DNA from: an uncultured candidate division Zixibacteria bacterium
GTDB lineage: Bacteria > Zixibacteria > MSB-5A5 > UBA10806 > 4484-95
Assembly: GCA_963668625.2 (NCBI GenBank)
Contig: CAXXKA010000008.1
Location: 288,001 to 352,000 of the forward strand
Reading direction: 5' to 3'
Length of the DNA stretch: 64,000 bases
The position numbers were made by a program, and so were the translations under genes. Below are positions 32,275 to 42,746 of the stretch, piece by piece (the first letter of the stretch is position 1; each line of letters opens with the position of its first letter). The notes under the pieces are model-generated. The model was not told the DNA's origin. It ran no database searches and saw only the letters and a program-made list of their open reading frames with translations.

Positions 32275-34272
32275 TTACTTCAACAACATCATTTGCTTGC
32301 TGTCAACGAAATCACCTGCTTCGATTCGGTAGAAATATACACCGGATGCTACCGAATTGCCAAAACTATCTTCGCCATGCCAGGTGATACTGTGATTACC
32401 GACCGCGACATCGCTCTGGTAAACCTCGTAGACTTTTCTGCCCAGTACGTCATATATCGAAAGCTCGACATCACACTGCTCGGCCAGAGAGAACATGATC
32501 GCGGTGCTCGGGTTGAACGGGTTAGGGTAGTTCTGGCTCAAAGCGGTCTGCACAGGCAAGGCAACCTCGTCATCAACATCACCGGCATCCTGGAAATCAG
32601 CATACATTCTCGGCATGAGCTGATAGTCATCGTTAGGCGGATTGTTGTATGAATACTGACCGAGGCAACCGGTAATCTGCTGCGGTACTGTCGGCATAGG
32701 TTGGCCGGGGATATCAGTACCGTAATCGATTCTCATCATAAGATCACCGGTACCGTCATTTATAGTCATGGTGGCGGACTCACCACCGGCAGGCCACGGA
32801 TCGGGATCAGCGGTAATGATGCAGGGTGAAAGCACAACCACGCGGCCCTCGTACAATTCACCATTACCCTCGTTAAGCTGGGCACAGGTAACGGACACAG
32901 GATCGACTATTCCTTCGGCTTCGCCAAAATTAGTAATCCTGTCGACCTCGCTGACCTCGAGTTGGTTTTTGCCGTAATACTGGGCAATAACGCCGGTAGC
33001 CTGAACCGAATCGCCGATCGATATAGTAGCCTCATCGCTAAACAGTATTACATCGATACCGGCATCGTCCATCTGCATGAAGAAATCGGTGCGTCCGCTG
33101 CCGAAATTGTAACTGGTAGCGATACCTGTCAGGATAGCCGCGGAATCGAGCATATCGGGAATGAAATTTTCATCGGCATCGACTATGGCCTCGGCTATAG
33201 TCATCTCCCTCGGATTGAGTATCACGTAGGTTTTGAAATTCCACGGAGCCTCGGATGGCTCGGTACGTTCATTACCCTCATCATCATCAGCCCAGATATA
33301 GAAATCTATACGAGTACCGGCCGGTAACGGAGGTATGTTATAGAAAAAGTCGTTATCCGATCCCTCGGACATACGCACGTTTATCCAGCTTCCCAGGTTG
33401 AGCCTGTAATACAAACGAACGATATTTACTTCACCGTCAGGATCGAACACGTTGGCCGAAATATTAACCGCATCATTCTCAAAGGGGTGATCGGGATACC
33501 ATTCAATATTACCGATAATCGGCGCTCCGGACGGGAACGCGATATCCCTCATGTAACGCGGCTGCAAGTTGTAGTTATCGAAACGATGATAAACCACGCC
33601 GTTGACATACTCGAACTGCGTACCGACCGTAGGCAGGTAAGCGATGGAATCGGATGCCTCGCGTACCATAAACTGATGACCGGTGGAGTCGTGACATACC
33701 CAGGTAGCTGAGCTGGAATACACAACCAGCGAATCCACGGTTACGTCATAAACCCTGATATAACAACCCTCGAACTGCTCGGCCAAAGAATCAGCCCCGC
33801 CGGTCGAGTCGATAAGATCGGCCGTCACTACTATCGGCTCCGGTTCCGGATTACCGAACGAGTGGAAATCCCAGGTTCCCGGCACGATGAACAATTCGGT
33901 CATATTGCATGTCCATGGTGGGTCGTAGCTTGGAGAGTACCCGTATTCGCTAACCAAAGCGTCGACCGTAATCGAATCGCCCGGAATCAGGGTCGGGAAA
34001 TTATCCGGTGAGGGATTGTAAGCCATAACACCGGAAAACGGGCCGCCCTCGGCCATCTCCATGTAAAAAGTTACGCCGTCACCTGCGTAATACAGGCCGG
34101 TACCAGCCGTGACAATACCGCCCACATGAACGGTGTCACCCTCGTAATGTGAGCTATCCTCTCCAACAGGAACTTCCTGTATATCTCTAATGCTAACTTC
34201 AGGGTATTGCGCGAAACTGAATGCCGCCAATACCAGCACGCCAAGCATGGCCATAACCATAGCTTTGTTCAT
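32275..34272 (-). CDS. Secreted protein with two ExeM/YhcR-like OB-fold modules, an Ig-like domain and a T9SS-type sorting domain
   Basis: SIRDIQ..GIVTA..EY..TEL..EQFEG..LQPR and TIAEA..G..T..GDSV..G...YYG...ELYEG..LMPR; NYPNPFNP CTD. Confidence 0.8.
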   Translation of the reverse strand: MNKAMVMAMLGVLVLAAFSFAQYPEVSIRDIQEVPVGEDSSHYEGDTVHVGGIVTAGTGLYYAGDGVTFYMEMAEGGPFSGVMAYNPSPDNFPTLIPGDSITVDALVSEYGYSPSYDPPWTCNMTELFIVPGTWDFHSFGNPEPEPIVVTADLIDSTGGADSLAEQFEGCYIRVYDVTVDSLVVYSSSATWVCHDSTGHQFMVREASDSIAYLPTVGTQFEYVNGVVYHRFDNYNLQPRYMRDIAFPSGAPIIGNIEWYPDHPFENDAVNISANVFDPDGEVNIVRLYYRLNLGSWINVRMSEGSDNDFFYNIPPLPAGTRIDFYIWADDDEGNERTEPSEAPWNFKTYVILNPREMTIAEAIVDADENFIPDMLDSAAILTGIATSYNFGSGRTDFFMQMDDAGIDVILFSDEATISIGDSVQATGVIAQYYGKNQLEVSEVDRITNFGEAEGIVDPVSVTCAQLNEGNGELYEGRVVVLSPCIITADPDPWPAGGESATMTINDGTGDLMMRIDYGTDIPGQPMPTVPQQITGCLGQYSYNNPPNDDYQLMPRMYADFQDAGDVDDEVALPVQTALSQNYPNPFNPSTAIMFSLAEQCDVELSIYDVLGRKVYEVYQSDVAVGNHSITWHGEDSFGNSVASGVYFYRIEAGDFVDSKQMMLLK

Positions 34273-34285
34273 CTTGTACTCCTTT

Positions 34286-36427
34286 TCATTTAATGATAAC
34301 TATCTTTCCTCGTTGTACATCCCCCGAAACATCGTTCTTTACCGTATATAAATACATACCAGTTGCCAATGCTTGGTCAGCCTCCGAGACAACATCCCAG
34401 CTATGCATACCGCCGGAAAATTCTATGTCGCCCTCGGCGAAATCCTCATACCAGGCTATATCATCGCCGTTATACGTATCTGAGTCATGAGAAAACGCAT
34501 CGACGATTTCGCCCGCCAGAGTGTAAATCGTTACTGTACACTTATTGGGAAGATTATAAAAATGTATCATTCTTTGACGTTCCTTCGGGCCATCGGCGCT
34601 TCGACCATCCCAGCTCGCGAAAGAACGATAGGGATTAGGAAACACTCCGACCTTAGCATCCGCAGCAGCAGCCTCGGGGCCGGGAAACACTCTATTATAG
34701 TTAACCAGCGGACTCGATTCGAGGCTCTCGAGGTTATTAGCCGGATCGCCCGTATCGAATGCTGTTACGGAATAAATATACTGCCAACCGTTCAATAAAT
34801 CATTATTGGTTAATTTATAATACATCGAATCGCCATCGATTACTACTGGCATATCCAGCCTGACATACTCCAGGCCGGTATTAAACCCGATTGAATCAAC
34901 CAGGTCGAACTGGCCTATCATCTGCAACAGGTCTTTCAATCCCTGGCTTTGATTATCCTGAGTAATCCGGGCGCGATAAATTCGATACCCTTCGAAATCA
35001 GCTCTGCCCAAAACCGGGTCGACATAAGATTCAGGCGAGTTATCCCAATAAACCTCAACCGTATTATCCAGGGCCCGTACTTTCATGGTAGGCGGCGGCG
35101 GGGCAGAGGGTAAAATATACCTATCTATGATTCCATTAGGCGGCGTTCCTCCGGGCCCCTCCTGATCCTCGCCGGGATCGAGAATACCATTAGAATTTTT
35201 ATCTTCACCGTCATAAGCGATCTGCGCCCATCTGGCGTTATTTACGAGATTCGTTTTTGATAATTCGGTATCATCGCCGATCGGATCGGGGCCGAATTTA
35301 GACGCGCACACCAGGGCGAACACGACCTGCATGGTTGAATCGGGCATTAAGGTCGGAAACGGCCCGGTCGATATCAACATAGTCCAGTTGCTCGAGGCGT
35401 AGCAGTCGGCCGACCAACCGCTGCGAGGTGTATCGTTAAAGCCGTTGGAAAGTCTATCGTAACGAGTGTTATCGCTTACCGGAGCGATAAACCACAAATT
35501 CGGATCACTGGAGTTATTCCATTTCCAGATATTATAATTGACTGCCGCCGAGTCGGTATACAGTATCCGGTTATCGAACTCATCCCGATAAGCGGGCGGT
35601 GTACTACCGAGCACCCTGCAGCCAATGTAACTTTCAGCGAAACCGTCATCGCCATCGTTTTCGTATGAATAACCCATTGCCATACTATCGATAAAATTAC
35701 AGGGATCATCATAGAAACTCCAACTCCTGTTTGGGCCGCTAAAAGGAGTCAACTCGGCATTTCCTATAGTGGGCTCGTACCAGTAACCAACCCAGATATC
35801 GTCAATAGGTGAGTCGCTATTATTGGTTATATCAAATGAAAAAATCACGAAAGCATCGGCAAACGGTAAACTCCAGGAGTATGTCTCCTGATGCACGTCG
35901 ATACCGAATGGATCATGGTTGGGAATTTCAGATTGGTTACCGTAGGCATCCACGACGAATCTGGAGGAGTCGGAGAAATCACAAATAAAATCCTGATGGC
36001 TTATCGCCTCGGGGTGGAAAAAACGAGAGCTTGTCAAGCTGGAGCGCTCTTCTATCTGGTAGATAACCGAGCCGGTATCGCGAGTGGTAAATTCGAATCC
36101 CTCGGTGCCCTCCGCTTCCGGGTATGCATCAACGGCGCCCGTTGAAACTTTACGTTGACCGTTTTGCTCTCCACCGAACCACAGGCCTCCCATCCACAAA
36201 TGCTCTATACTGGAGCCGATGGGATATTCACACGAGGGCTGATCATCTTTTTGAAAAGCCGTACCGTAGACCCCGTAGTTGGTGATTGTTAGGCTAATAT
36301 CCCCAATTGTGGTATAGTGTGTATCGTCATCAAGGGCTATTGATGAGTAACCTGCTATAACCATCGATAATACCGCAATGCTCATGATGATGAGACTTTT
36401 TATATTTCTTTTTTCGGATGATTTCAT
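34286..36427 (-). CDS. Large secreted protein typical of FCB TonB/PorV loci (FN3-like + CTD-like C-terminus)
   Basis: Signal; ITNYG..G; EYPIGS..EHL; Ca-binding-like DKNSNGILDPGED; FEGYRIYR; VFPNPY...IYTLAGE...WD...ATGMYLY. Confidence 0.8.
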   Translation of the reverse strand: MKSSEKRNIKSLIIMSIAVLSMVIAGYSSIALDDDTHYTTIGDISLTITNYGVYGTAFQKDDQPSCEYPIGSSIEHLWMGGLWFGGEQNGQRKVSTGAVDAYPEAEGTEGFEFTTRDTGSVIYQIEERSSLTSSRFFHPEAISHQDFICDFSDSSRFVVDAYGNQSEIPNHDPFGIDVHQETYSWSLPFADAFVIFSFDITNNSDSPIDDIWVGYWYEPTIGNAELTPFSGPNRSWSFYDDPCNFIDSMAMGYSYENDGDDGFAESYIGCRVLGSTPPAYRDEFDNRILYTDSAAVNYNIWKWNNSSDPNLWFIAPVSDNTRYDRLSNGFNDTPRSGWSADCYASSNWTMLISTGPFPTLMPDSTMQVVFALVCASKFGPDPIGDDTELSKTNLVNNARWAQIAYDGEDKNSNGILDPGEDQEGPGGTPPNGIIDRYILPSAPPPPTMKVRALDNTVEVYWDNSPESYVDPVLGRADFEGYRIYRARITQDNQSQGLKDLLQMIGQFDLVDSIGFNTGLEYVRLDMPVVIDGDSMYYKLTNNDLLNGWQYIYSVTAFDTGDPANNLESLESSPLVNYNRVFPGPEAAAADAKVGVFPNPYRSFASWDGRSADGPKERQRMIHFYNLPNKCTVTIYTLAGEIVDAFSHDSDTYNGDDIAWYEDFAEGDIEFSGGMHSWDVVSEADQALATGMYLYTVKNDVSGDVQRGKIVIIK

Positions 36428-36598
36428 TACTACCGCTTTTTGATCTTTTATTAAAAAAAACTACTTCCAGTTGACTGCTATTTTTTACCTGTATTCATTA
36501 GTAATATATAAATTATTTCTTACATTAAAAGCATTATTTTACACTATTTTTGTTATTATTCCGTTAACTATTTTAGACTTAAAATTAACACTCGTATC

Positions 36599-36636
36599 AA
36601 AAAAAACGGTCGCCCCGCATAAGCGGAACGACCGTC
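36599..36636 (-). terminator. Rho-independent terminator after the giant dockerin protein gene
   Basis: Minus strand reads gacggtcgttccgcttatgcggggcgaccgttttttt. Confidence 0.75.
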
Positions 36637-36649
36637 AAGAAAAACCTAC

Positions 36650-39600
36650 TTACTTCGATATGTTGAGGTTGTTATTCTGTTTAATCTGAGAGGAGGAGGT
36701 AGAGGTGGTAGAGTTATCGCAATTCGGCCAACCGGCAGGCGCGGTCGCGGGAAGCTCTTCCGGAGTGGTCCACTCGGGAGTGTAATCTTCCTCGTCGCCA
36801 ACATCATCGCCGCAATACTTGAGCGTATTAGCGCCACGGAAGTATTGGACGAGATAAGTCACGTCAGCACCGATTACAGAGCAATCGCCGTTAGCATCCG
36901 CCGAGGCATAAAATCCATCAAGCAAACACGGAGTCGATATGCCGCGGAAGTAGTTTACCAGGTAAGTAACGTCAGCGCCGATAACGTTCGGCGGCCAGGC
37001 AGTAACAGCGTACATATTGGCATCACCGGGTAGATATTCGTAATTATCTCCGCCTTCCTCACAGTTGAGGCCGGTATCGAAATCATCATTGGAGCGAGGC
37101 TGAACTCTCCAGTAGCCCCAGCGCCAGCGTACCACACCGGTTAAACCATCAATGCGCTGACCAACTTCAACGGAATCGAAATTGGTATATTTGCCGTCGA
37201 AAGCGATCGTGTCGGCATTGTCCGTCAGGGACATGATAAGTACACGAGCAGTGTCGTTGCTGGTTTCCATCGATACGATTTCGAGAGAATCGCACAACTG
37301 GACCAGGACGCCCTCGAAATTCTCGCGATAGGCATCTAAGGTGTTGTACTGGAAATCGCCGGCATCATATGTCTTGTAGGTCGGCTCAGCGACGCCACTG
37401 CCAACTATAGTAACATTTTTGAAATCATCAATATTGGAGATCTCGGTAGCGCCGTAATATTCGGTTACCTGACCCGTCAGGATAACGGTATCACCTTCAA
37501 CGGGGCGATCCATACTTGCATCCCAATACTGATAGCTGCCATAGCAAAGTACACCGTTATTAGTAGTGCCGCTAAGGTCGCTGATATAGATATTATTGTA
37601 CGTGAAAGCGGTCGTATCGGCAATGATACAGCCTCTCATGGTAATGATAGCATCGAGCAGATCACTCGGGTAGGTATTGTCTACACCAGGATCGGTGGTT
37701 GTCTGTACCATGTTGATAGGGGTAAAGCCCTGATAGAACGGGGTGCTCACGGGTGTAGTAATACCAATACCTGAGCTATCCGTGACGTTAGCCACGGTTA
37801 CCTCATCGAGAATACCGTTACCCATCGCCGGGCTGAGTGTCAGGAATACTCTGACAAGATCGGCATCCAGCGCGGCAGCCGTAACCGACAGGCCACTGGT
37901 AATAGTATAGTTACCCGGGGTTTCGGCGGAACCCTGATCCAGGGCGCGATCGAACATCACGCACAGGGTCGACTGATCGATCGGGAAGGAAGCGGTAACT
38001 GTCGGAGGAGGCACGATGTTAACCTGAAGGTCGGAATCCATACGCGGTTGAAGTTTAAGACGATCGTCGTACTGGTCGTAAGTAACTATACCGATGACAT
38101 AATCGTATACGAGGTCGGTTGACGGCGGGTAAGCCGAGAGAGTCATGTCATAGATATCGGGTCCGAGAAGTACGGAATCAGCGCCGGAACCGGAATCGGT
38201 GATCCACCATTTGCCATAACCGGGTGAACTACCAACGGTGACATCCTCGATCTGAACGAGAACACCCTCGTAAGCCTCACCGGTGAAACTGCAGTCGCCA
38301 AGCGGCAGCAGGTCACTTATGGAGATGACGAGCGGATCAGGTACGGGAGTATTCGTGCCGAGCAGGGTGTATTCGACTAACGAATCGAGTTCGGTTATAC
38401 CGACATACTCACTGACAGTGGCGCGAACCTGATAGTAATCGCCGATAGCGGCGGTTTCAAGGTCGACTTCCTGAGTGGCCGAGGTCAGATCATACCAGAG
38501 TATACCCTCATAGGTAGTACCTTCGGGATCCTGAATGAACAGACCGGTGCCCGAACCCTGGTTATCGACAGCGGTAACGACGCCGCAAACCTCGACAATA
38601 CCGGAATCGACAAAGGTTGACGGGTAGCAGTTATCGAGAATGTTATCGAAAGGATCGAACGAGTTCTGTATCTCGAAAATAGTGTTCGTAGCGGTACATT
38701 CGATAGCTTCCGTCTGGAAATCAGCAGCACTTCTGGGCTCGAGCCTGTTAGCGCTATAAGCATATTTATGAACACCGGTGATAGTGTAATATTCTTCACC
38801 GGTAGCAATCGGGAGAGAATCCAGCAGGTCGTCATCAACCAGGAATGTATCATTGCTGGCGTCAAAAGCCCAGTAACTGCCATGATCGGCTACTTCACCA
38901 ATGGTAACATTGCTGACTACGACAAGCATATTCTCATAAGCCTCGTCGGCTTCATCACAAGCATCGGTAATATCCGAGCCATCAACCAGAATCGGTGTAA
39001 CGACATTGCCGCTGGAAACCAGGGTAACATCCGTCACGTTAGTAAGCTCGGTTAAACCGTAGTACTCGGTAACATCAGCGGTAATCTCAACCAGATCACC
39101 AACCGCGAAACTTGAGAGATCATAAGAACCGGCATAAACCCAGATACCACCGTAGGTGGAAGCAGCAGGGTCCTGCAGGGACATGGCACTACCCAGAATG
39201 CCGGTAATAATACCTGTGGTGGTAATATCAGTCTCACCGCTGTGCGGACCATCATAACAATCACCACCGGTGGCAGGGTAGTTTAATTCGTTGATCGTGT
39301 AATCAACGGTGGTACCACCATCATCGATATCCGAAGAAAATCTCGGGTATACCCGGTATTTATCGTAGTAATAATGAACAATACCTACAATGTAGTCGTA
39401 AGTTTGACCCTGCACCAGATCAACTGGATTATCCGTGCCATATTTATGCATCTGGTCGTCCACAGCGCAAGAATCAGAAGCGCCGGCGGTTTTAACCCAG
39501 GCCACATTATCAGCATCGGGACCAACGACACAGGTTACATTTTCCAATTTGACCAGTACGCCTTCATAAGCCTCTGTCGAACCGTTACAATCAGCGTTAA

Positions 39601-41308
39601 GATTATCTGAAGTAACCGTGGTAGTGCAAACTGAATTACCCGTAGAATTGGTCGTTACCGACACGACACTGGAAAGCTGAGAACAGCCGTAGTATTCGGC
39701 AACCGAACCAATTACCGTGACATTATCGCCTATGCTCAGGCTATAATTATCATCATAAACATAAATACCGTTCCAATCGGTGGTGGTACAATCTTGAATG
39801 TAGAAATCAGGATAAGAACCCTGATTAATACCGGTAACCGTACCGGTAACTGAGATATTTTCAGACAAGCGAGGTGAATCATAGCAATTGCCATTAGCCT
39901 CAATCGTGTACTGAACATCATAGATTGACACTTCCTCGGGACCGCCGGCAACCAGATTGAATGAACAATCATCCACATAAACTGTAGCATCGCCGTCCCA
40001 ATTGTCGGAATCATCATAACACCTGATACCGACCTTAACGGAAGTGGCGCCTGTCGGGGCCGCCGTCGAATAGGTCATCAATTGCCAATCGGCCAGATCG
40101 GAGGAATAATTGCTTGACCATGTATTACCGGTATCCCAGGCAAAATAAATCGTGATATCGCCTGCGATATCGTTGTCGTAAACATAGAGACTACAAATAT
40201 ATGTTTCTTCAGCCGTAATTGTAAACGAATTCGAGAAAAGCTCACAGTCTGCTTGTATTTGAGAGGTCCAGGTCAGATTAGCGCTGTAGCTTCCGCCATG
40301 GACGGTGGTGCCTTCCTGGGCTCCGGTAATCGAACCGCTGGCATCCAGTTCCCAACTATCGGCAGGGCCGGTAGCACCGTTCTCGGTCCAGAGCTCGAAG
40401 TCGCCGTTCTCGAGGCTAGCGCTCGGGTAATCCGAAACGGTATAGTTATTAACGTAGGATTCTACGCGCTCACCATCGTCATCTTTAACCTGCACATAGT
40501 ATTCAACCAGAGTACCAGCCACCTGAGCCGGCATAGTATACCAGTAATAACCATCGGTAGCATCAATGCTATCGTGATATACAGCGGTATACGCCAGAGT
40601 CGGGGCTGTTGTCTGGTAGTAAAGACTGTCATCATCAATAGTGCCATCGGAATCGGTTAATTCCGACCAAACCAATACGACATCATCAGGCAATACGGTC
40701 GGGTAAGGATCACGGTAAACGAATCCTATTTCCGGGGGCTGATTCGCGCCGCCCGTTCCCTCGAACAAGGTAACATCATCGACAAAAACGGTGGCATCGC
40801 CGTCCCAATCACCCGAGATATCATACTGCCGAATAAGAATTTTGCCATAGGCAGCGCCGGCGGCGGCATTCGCTGCAAAGCTGTATTCTACCCAGGCGGC
40901 GGAATCCGAGGAATAGACGCCCGAATAACTGGCCGATAGATATGCCTGTCCTGAATCATACCACTCGAAACATAAACGAAGTCGACCGGCAATATCATTA
41001 TCATACATCCAGGCATAAACCGTATAAAGCTCTTCGCCCGTAACGGCGAACATATCGGAAACGAAATCCTGATTGGACTGTGAGGTCCAGGTCAGGTTTA
41101 CGCTATAACTGTCACCGTGAACTGTTGTGCCTTCCTGAGAACTGGTGAAATCCGAATTATCGTTAGTCCAGTTATCAGGCGGTCCACTCGTTCCACCGGT
41201 CCAGCTTTCAAAATCGCTATTAGCGATCGTAACTGGAGTCTGGGCGAAAGCGGGAATACACAATACGGCCGACATCATAATAGCCAGCAATATCTTAATC
41301 TTCATCAT
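36650..41308 (-). CDS. Giant secreted protein: 2 CBM4/9-like domains, 4 ExeM/YhcR-like OB-fold modules, Ig-like domains, C-terminal dockerin
   Basis: Signal MMKIKILL after RBS gaaagga; two N.DFE.W...VDD repeats; four I..(Q)..G.VT..QD..G..GD.V...V.EY.G...E.YEG.LV...PR..D modules; GDAN..IGADVTYLV duplicated dockerin. Confidence 0.85.
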   Translation of the reverse strand: MMKIKILLAIMMSAVLCIPAFAQTPVTIANSDFESWTGGTSGPPDNWTNDNSDFTSSQEGTTVHGDSYSVNLTWTSQSNQDFVSDMFAVTGEELYTVYAWMYDNDIAGRLRLCFEWYDSGQAYLSASYSGVYSSDSAAWVEYSFAANAAAGAAYGKILIRQYDISGDWDGDATVFVDDVTLFEGTGGANQPPEIGFVYRDPYPTVLPDDVVLVWSELTDSDGTIDDDSLYYQTTAPTLAYTAVYHDSIDATDGYYWYTMPAQVAGTLVEYYVQVKDDDGERVESYVNNYTVSDYPSASLENGDFELWTENGATGPADSWELDASGSITGAQEGTTVHGGSYSANLTWTSQIQADCELFSNSFTITAEETYICSLYVYDNDIAGDITIYFAWDTGNTWSSNYSSDLADWQLMTYSTAAPTGATSVKVGIRCYDDSDNWDGDATVYVDDCSFNLVAGGPEEVSIYDVQYTIEANGNCYDSPRLSENISVTGTVTGINQGSYPDFYIQDCTTTDWNGIYVYDDNYSLSIGDNVTVIGSVAEYYGCSQLSSVVSVTTNSTGNSVCTTTVTSDNLNADCNGSTEAYEGVLVKLENVTCVVGPDADNVAWVKTAGASDSCAVDDQMHKYGTDNPVDLVQGQTYDYIVGIVHYYYDKYRVYPRFSSDIDDGGTTVDYTINELNYPATGGDCYDGPHSGETDITTTGIITGILGSAMSLQDPAASTYGGIWVYAGSYDLSSFAVGDLVEITADVTEYYGLTELTNVTDVTLVSSGNVVTPILVDGSDITDACDEADEAYENMLVVVSNVTIGEVADHGSYWAFDASNDTFLVDDDLLDSLPIATGEEYYTITGVHKYAYSANRLEPRSAADFQTEAIECTATNTIFEIQNSFDPFDNILDNCYPSTFVDSGIVEVCGVVTAVDNQGSGTGLFIQDPEGTTYEGILWYDLTSATQEVDLETAAIGDYYQVRATVSEYVGITELDSLVEYTLLGTNTPVPDPLVISISDLLPLGDCSFTGEAYEGVLVQIEDVTVGSSPGYGKWWITDSGSGADSVLLGPDIYDMTLSAYPPSTDLVYDYVIGIVTYDQYDDRLKLQPRMDSDLQVNIVPPPTVTASFPIDQSTLCVMFDRALDQGSAETPGNYTITSGLSVTAAALDADLVRVFLTLSPAMGNGILDEVTVANVTDSSGIGITTPVSTPFYQGFTPINMVQTTTDPGVDNTYPSDLLDAIITMRGCIIADTTAFTYNNIYISDLSGTTNNGVLCYGSYQYWDASMDRPVEGDTVILTGQVTEYYGATEISNIDDFKNVTIVGSGVAEPTYKTYDAGDFQYNTLDAYRENFEGVLVQLCDSLEIVSMETSNDTARVLIMSLTDNADTIAFDGKYTNFDSVEVGQRIDGLTGVVRWRWGYWRVQPRSNDDFDTGLNCEEGGDNYEYLPGDANMYAVTAWPPNVIGADVTYLVNYFRGISTPCLLDGFYASADANGDCSVIGADVTYLVQYFRGANTLKYCGDDVGDEEDYTPEWTTPEELPATAPAGWPNCDNSTTSTSSSQIKQNNNLNISK

Positions 41309-42067
41309 CTTTCCTTTCTCGTTGAAAGATTTACTTATCACCACAATTTCTTCTAAAAAACTTTCTTGAATTTTTAAGCCGTTAACCAGCTCATCGAATT
41401 AAGTCAGACAATTTTCCTGATTTCCATTGTCTTATTTTGTTAAGTACCATTAAAACTACATTACAACTATTATCAGAACTTCCTGATGGTGCGCGGCTAA
41501 ATATAACCGGAGTGATGCTTTTCCCCGATCGTTCACATGCAGCCAGGGCTGCCATTCGAAACGGTAATATCATGACGTGTGCTTTAAATTAAAAACATCA
41601 CTGACCCGTTCTTTCCGTATCATTAACCACGGTTAAACTTAATATCACCACCTTTTAAAAAAATCATATGAGCATGTTATTAAAGTCAGGTTAAAAGTTT
41701 TTGATTTTACTGCCATAATAATACTCTTGAAAAACCTCCGATGACAAAGCGGTAATAATATCCGCACCTGTTCCTTTGATCACGTTTACTACTTCACCGC
41801 CAACCGGTATTTTAAAACTTTCTTTTTTGTTTCCTACTGCTTCGATGTTAAATCAATAGCTAAGTATAGAATTAGCTTTAGCACACTGTTAGTCGTTTGT
41901 TAGGCTTTTGTAAAACATCTTCCAAACCGAAGTTTTTAAGTAGAAAAGTACTTTTATTTTCAGTAGCCCTCTTCATCTAAAACATGAGTTCTAGATACTT
42001 ATATTTTAATCAATTATCATGAATAATACAATAAAAATATGACAAAAAACAAGGTTAACCGATAAGC

Positions 42068-42607
42068 TTAAACTAATTTATCAAGCAATAGCCGGGCGGC
42101 TTCCGAGGCTGAGTATATAGTAGAGTCTATTTTTAATAACGGTTCTTTTTCATATGCATAATCGTAACCGAACCCCGGTAATTTCGTTAACCCCTGCTGT
42201 GCCCGTTCATACAGATTGACAATCTCCGCTCGATCAGTACGGTTTTTCTCCCTTTCGATACAAATCTCAATCGGACAATCGATCCAGACGACCTGCAAAC
42301 CCTTAATGCGCTTACGGGCCATCTGACGACCGCAACCCTGCCCGTCAACCGAATCGATGATAGCGTTAACACCATATCTGTTAAGAAGTTCGGCGGTTAG
42401 AATAGCACAGCGATAAACCAGTTCTCTTTCCTCGCGGGTAAATTGCGGATTGGGAGTAATAAACTGGCGTATTTCATCCAAACGAATATATTCGCAAACT
42501 AGCTTATTGTCATCTAATAGCTTGATGAGTTCTTTGGAAATAGTAGTCTTTCCCGAGCCGGATAGCCCGGTTACCCATAAAGTCCAGGGTTTCTCTATTG
42601 CTGTCAC
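42068..42607 (-). CDS. Adenylyl-sulfate-kinase-like P-loop kinase, copy 1
   Basis: WVTGLSGSGKTT, LDEIR, IIDS, WIDCPIEICIERE; GTG start after ggag chosen by comparison with the paralog. Confidence 0.8.
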   Translation of the reverse strand: MTAIEKPWTLWVTGLSGSGKTTISKELIKLLDDNKLVCEYIRLDEIRQFITPNPQFTREERELVYRCAILTAELLNRYGVNAIIDSVDGQGCGRQMARKRIKGLQVVWIDCPIEICIEREKNRTDRAEIVNLYERAQQGLTKLPGFGYDYAYEKEPLLKIDSTIYSASEAARLLLDKLV

Positions 42608-42746
42608 CTCACTCCAAATCCTTTCAAAGCCCAAGATTATAAAATACGGTTGCTTATGTCAATAACGAATAACACTATTAACAAATAATTAACTAGGTTT
42701 ATGATGATAATTATCGTATATTGTTCCGGTTCAACAGATAGGAGAT

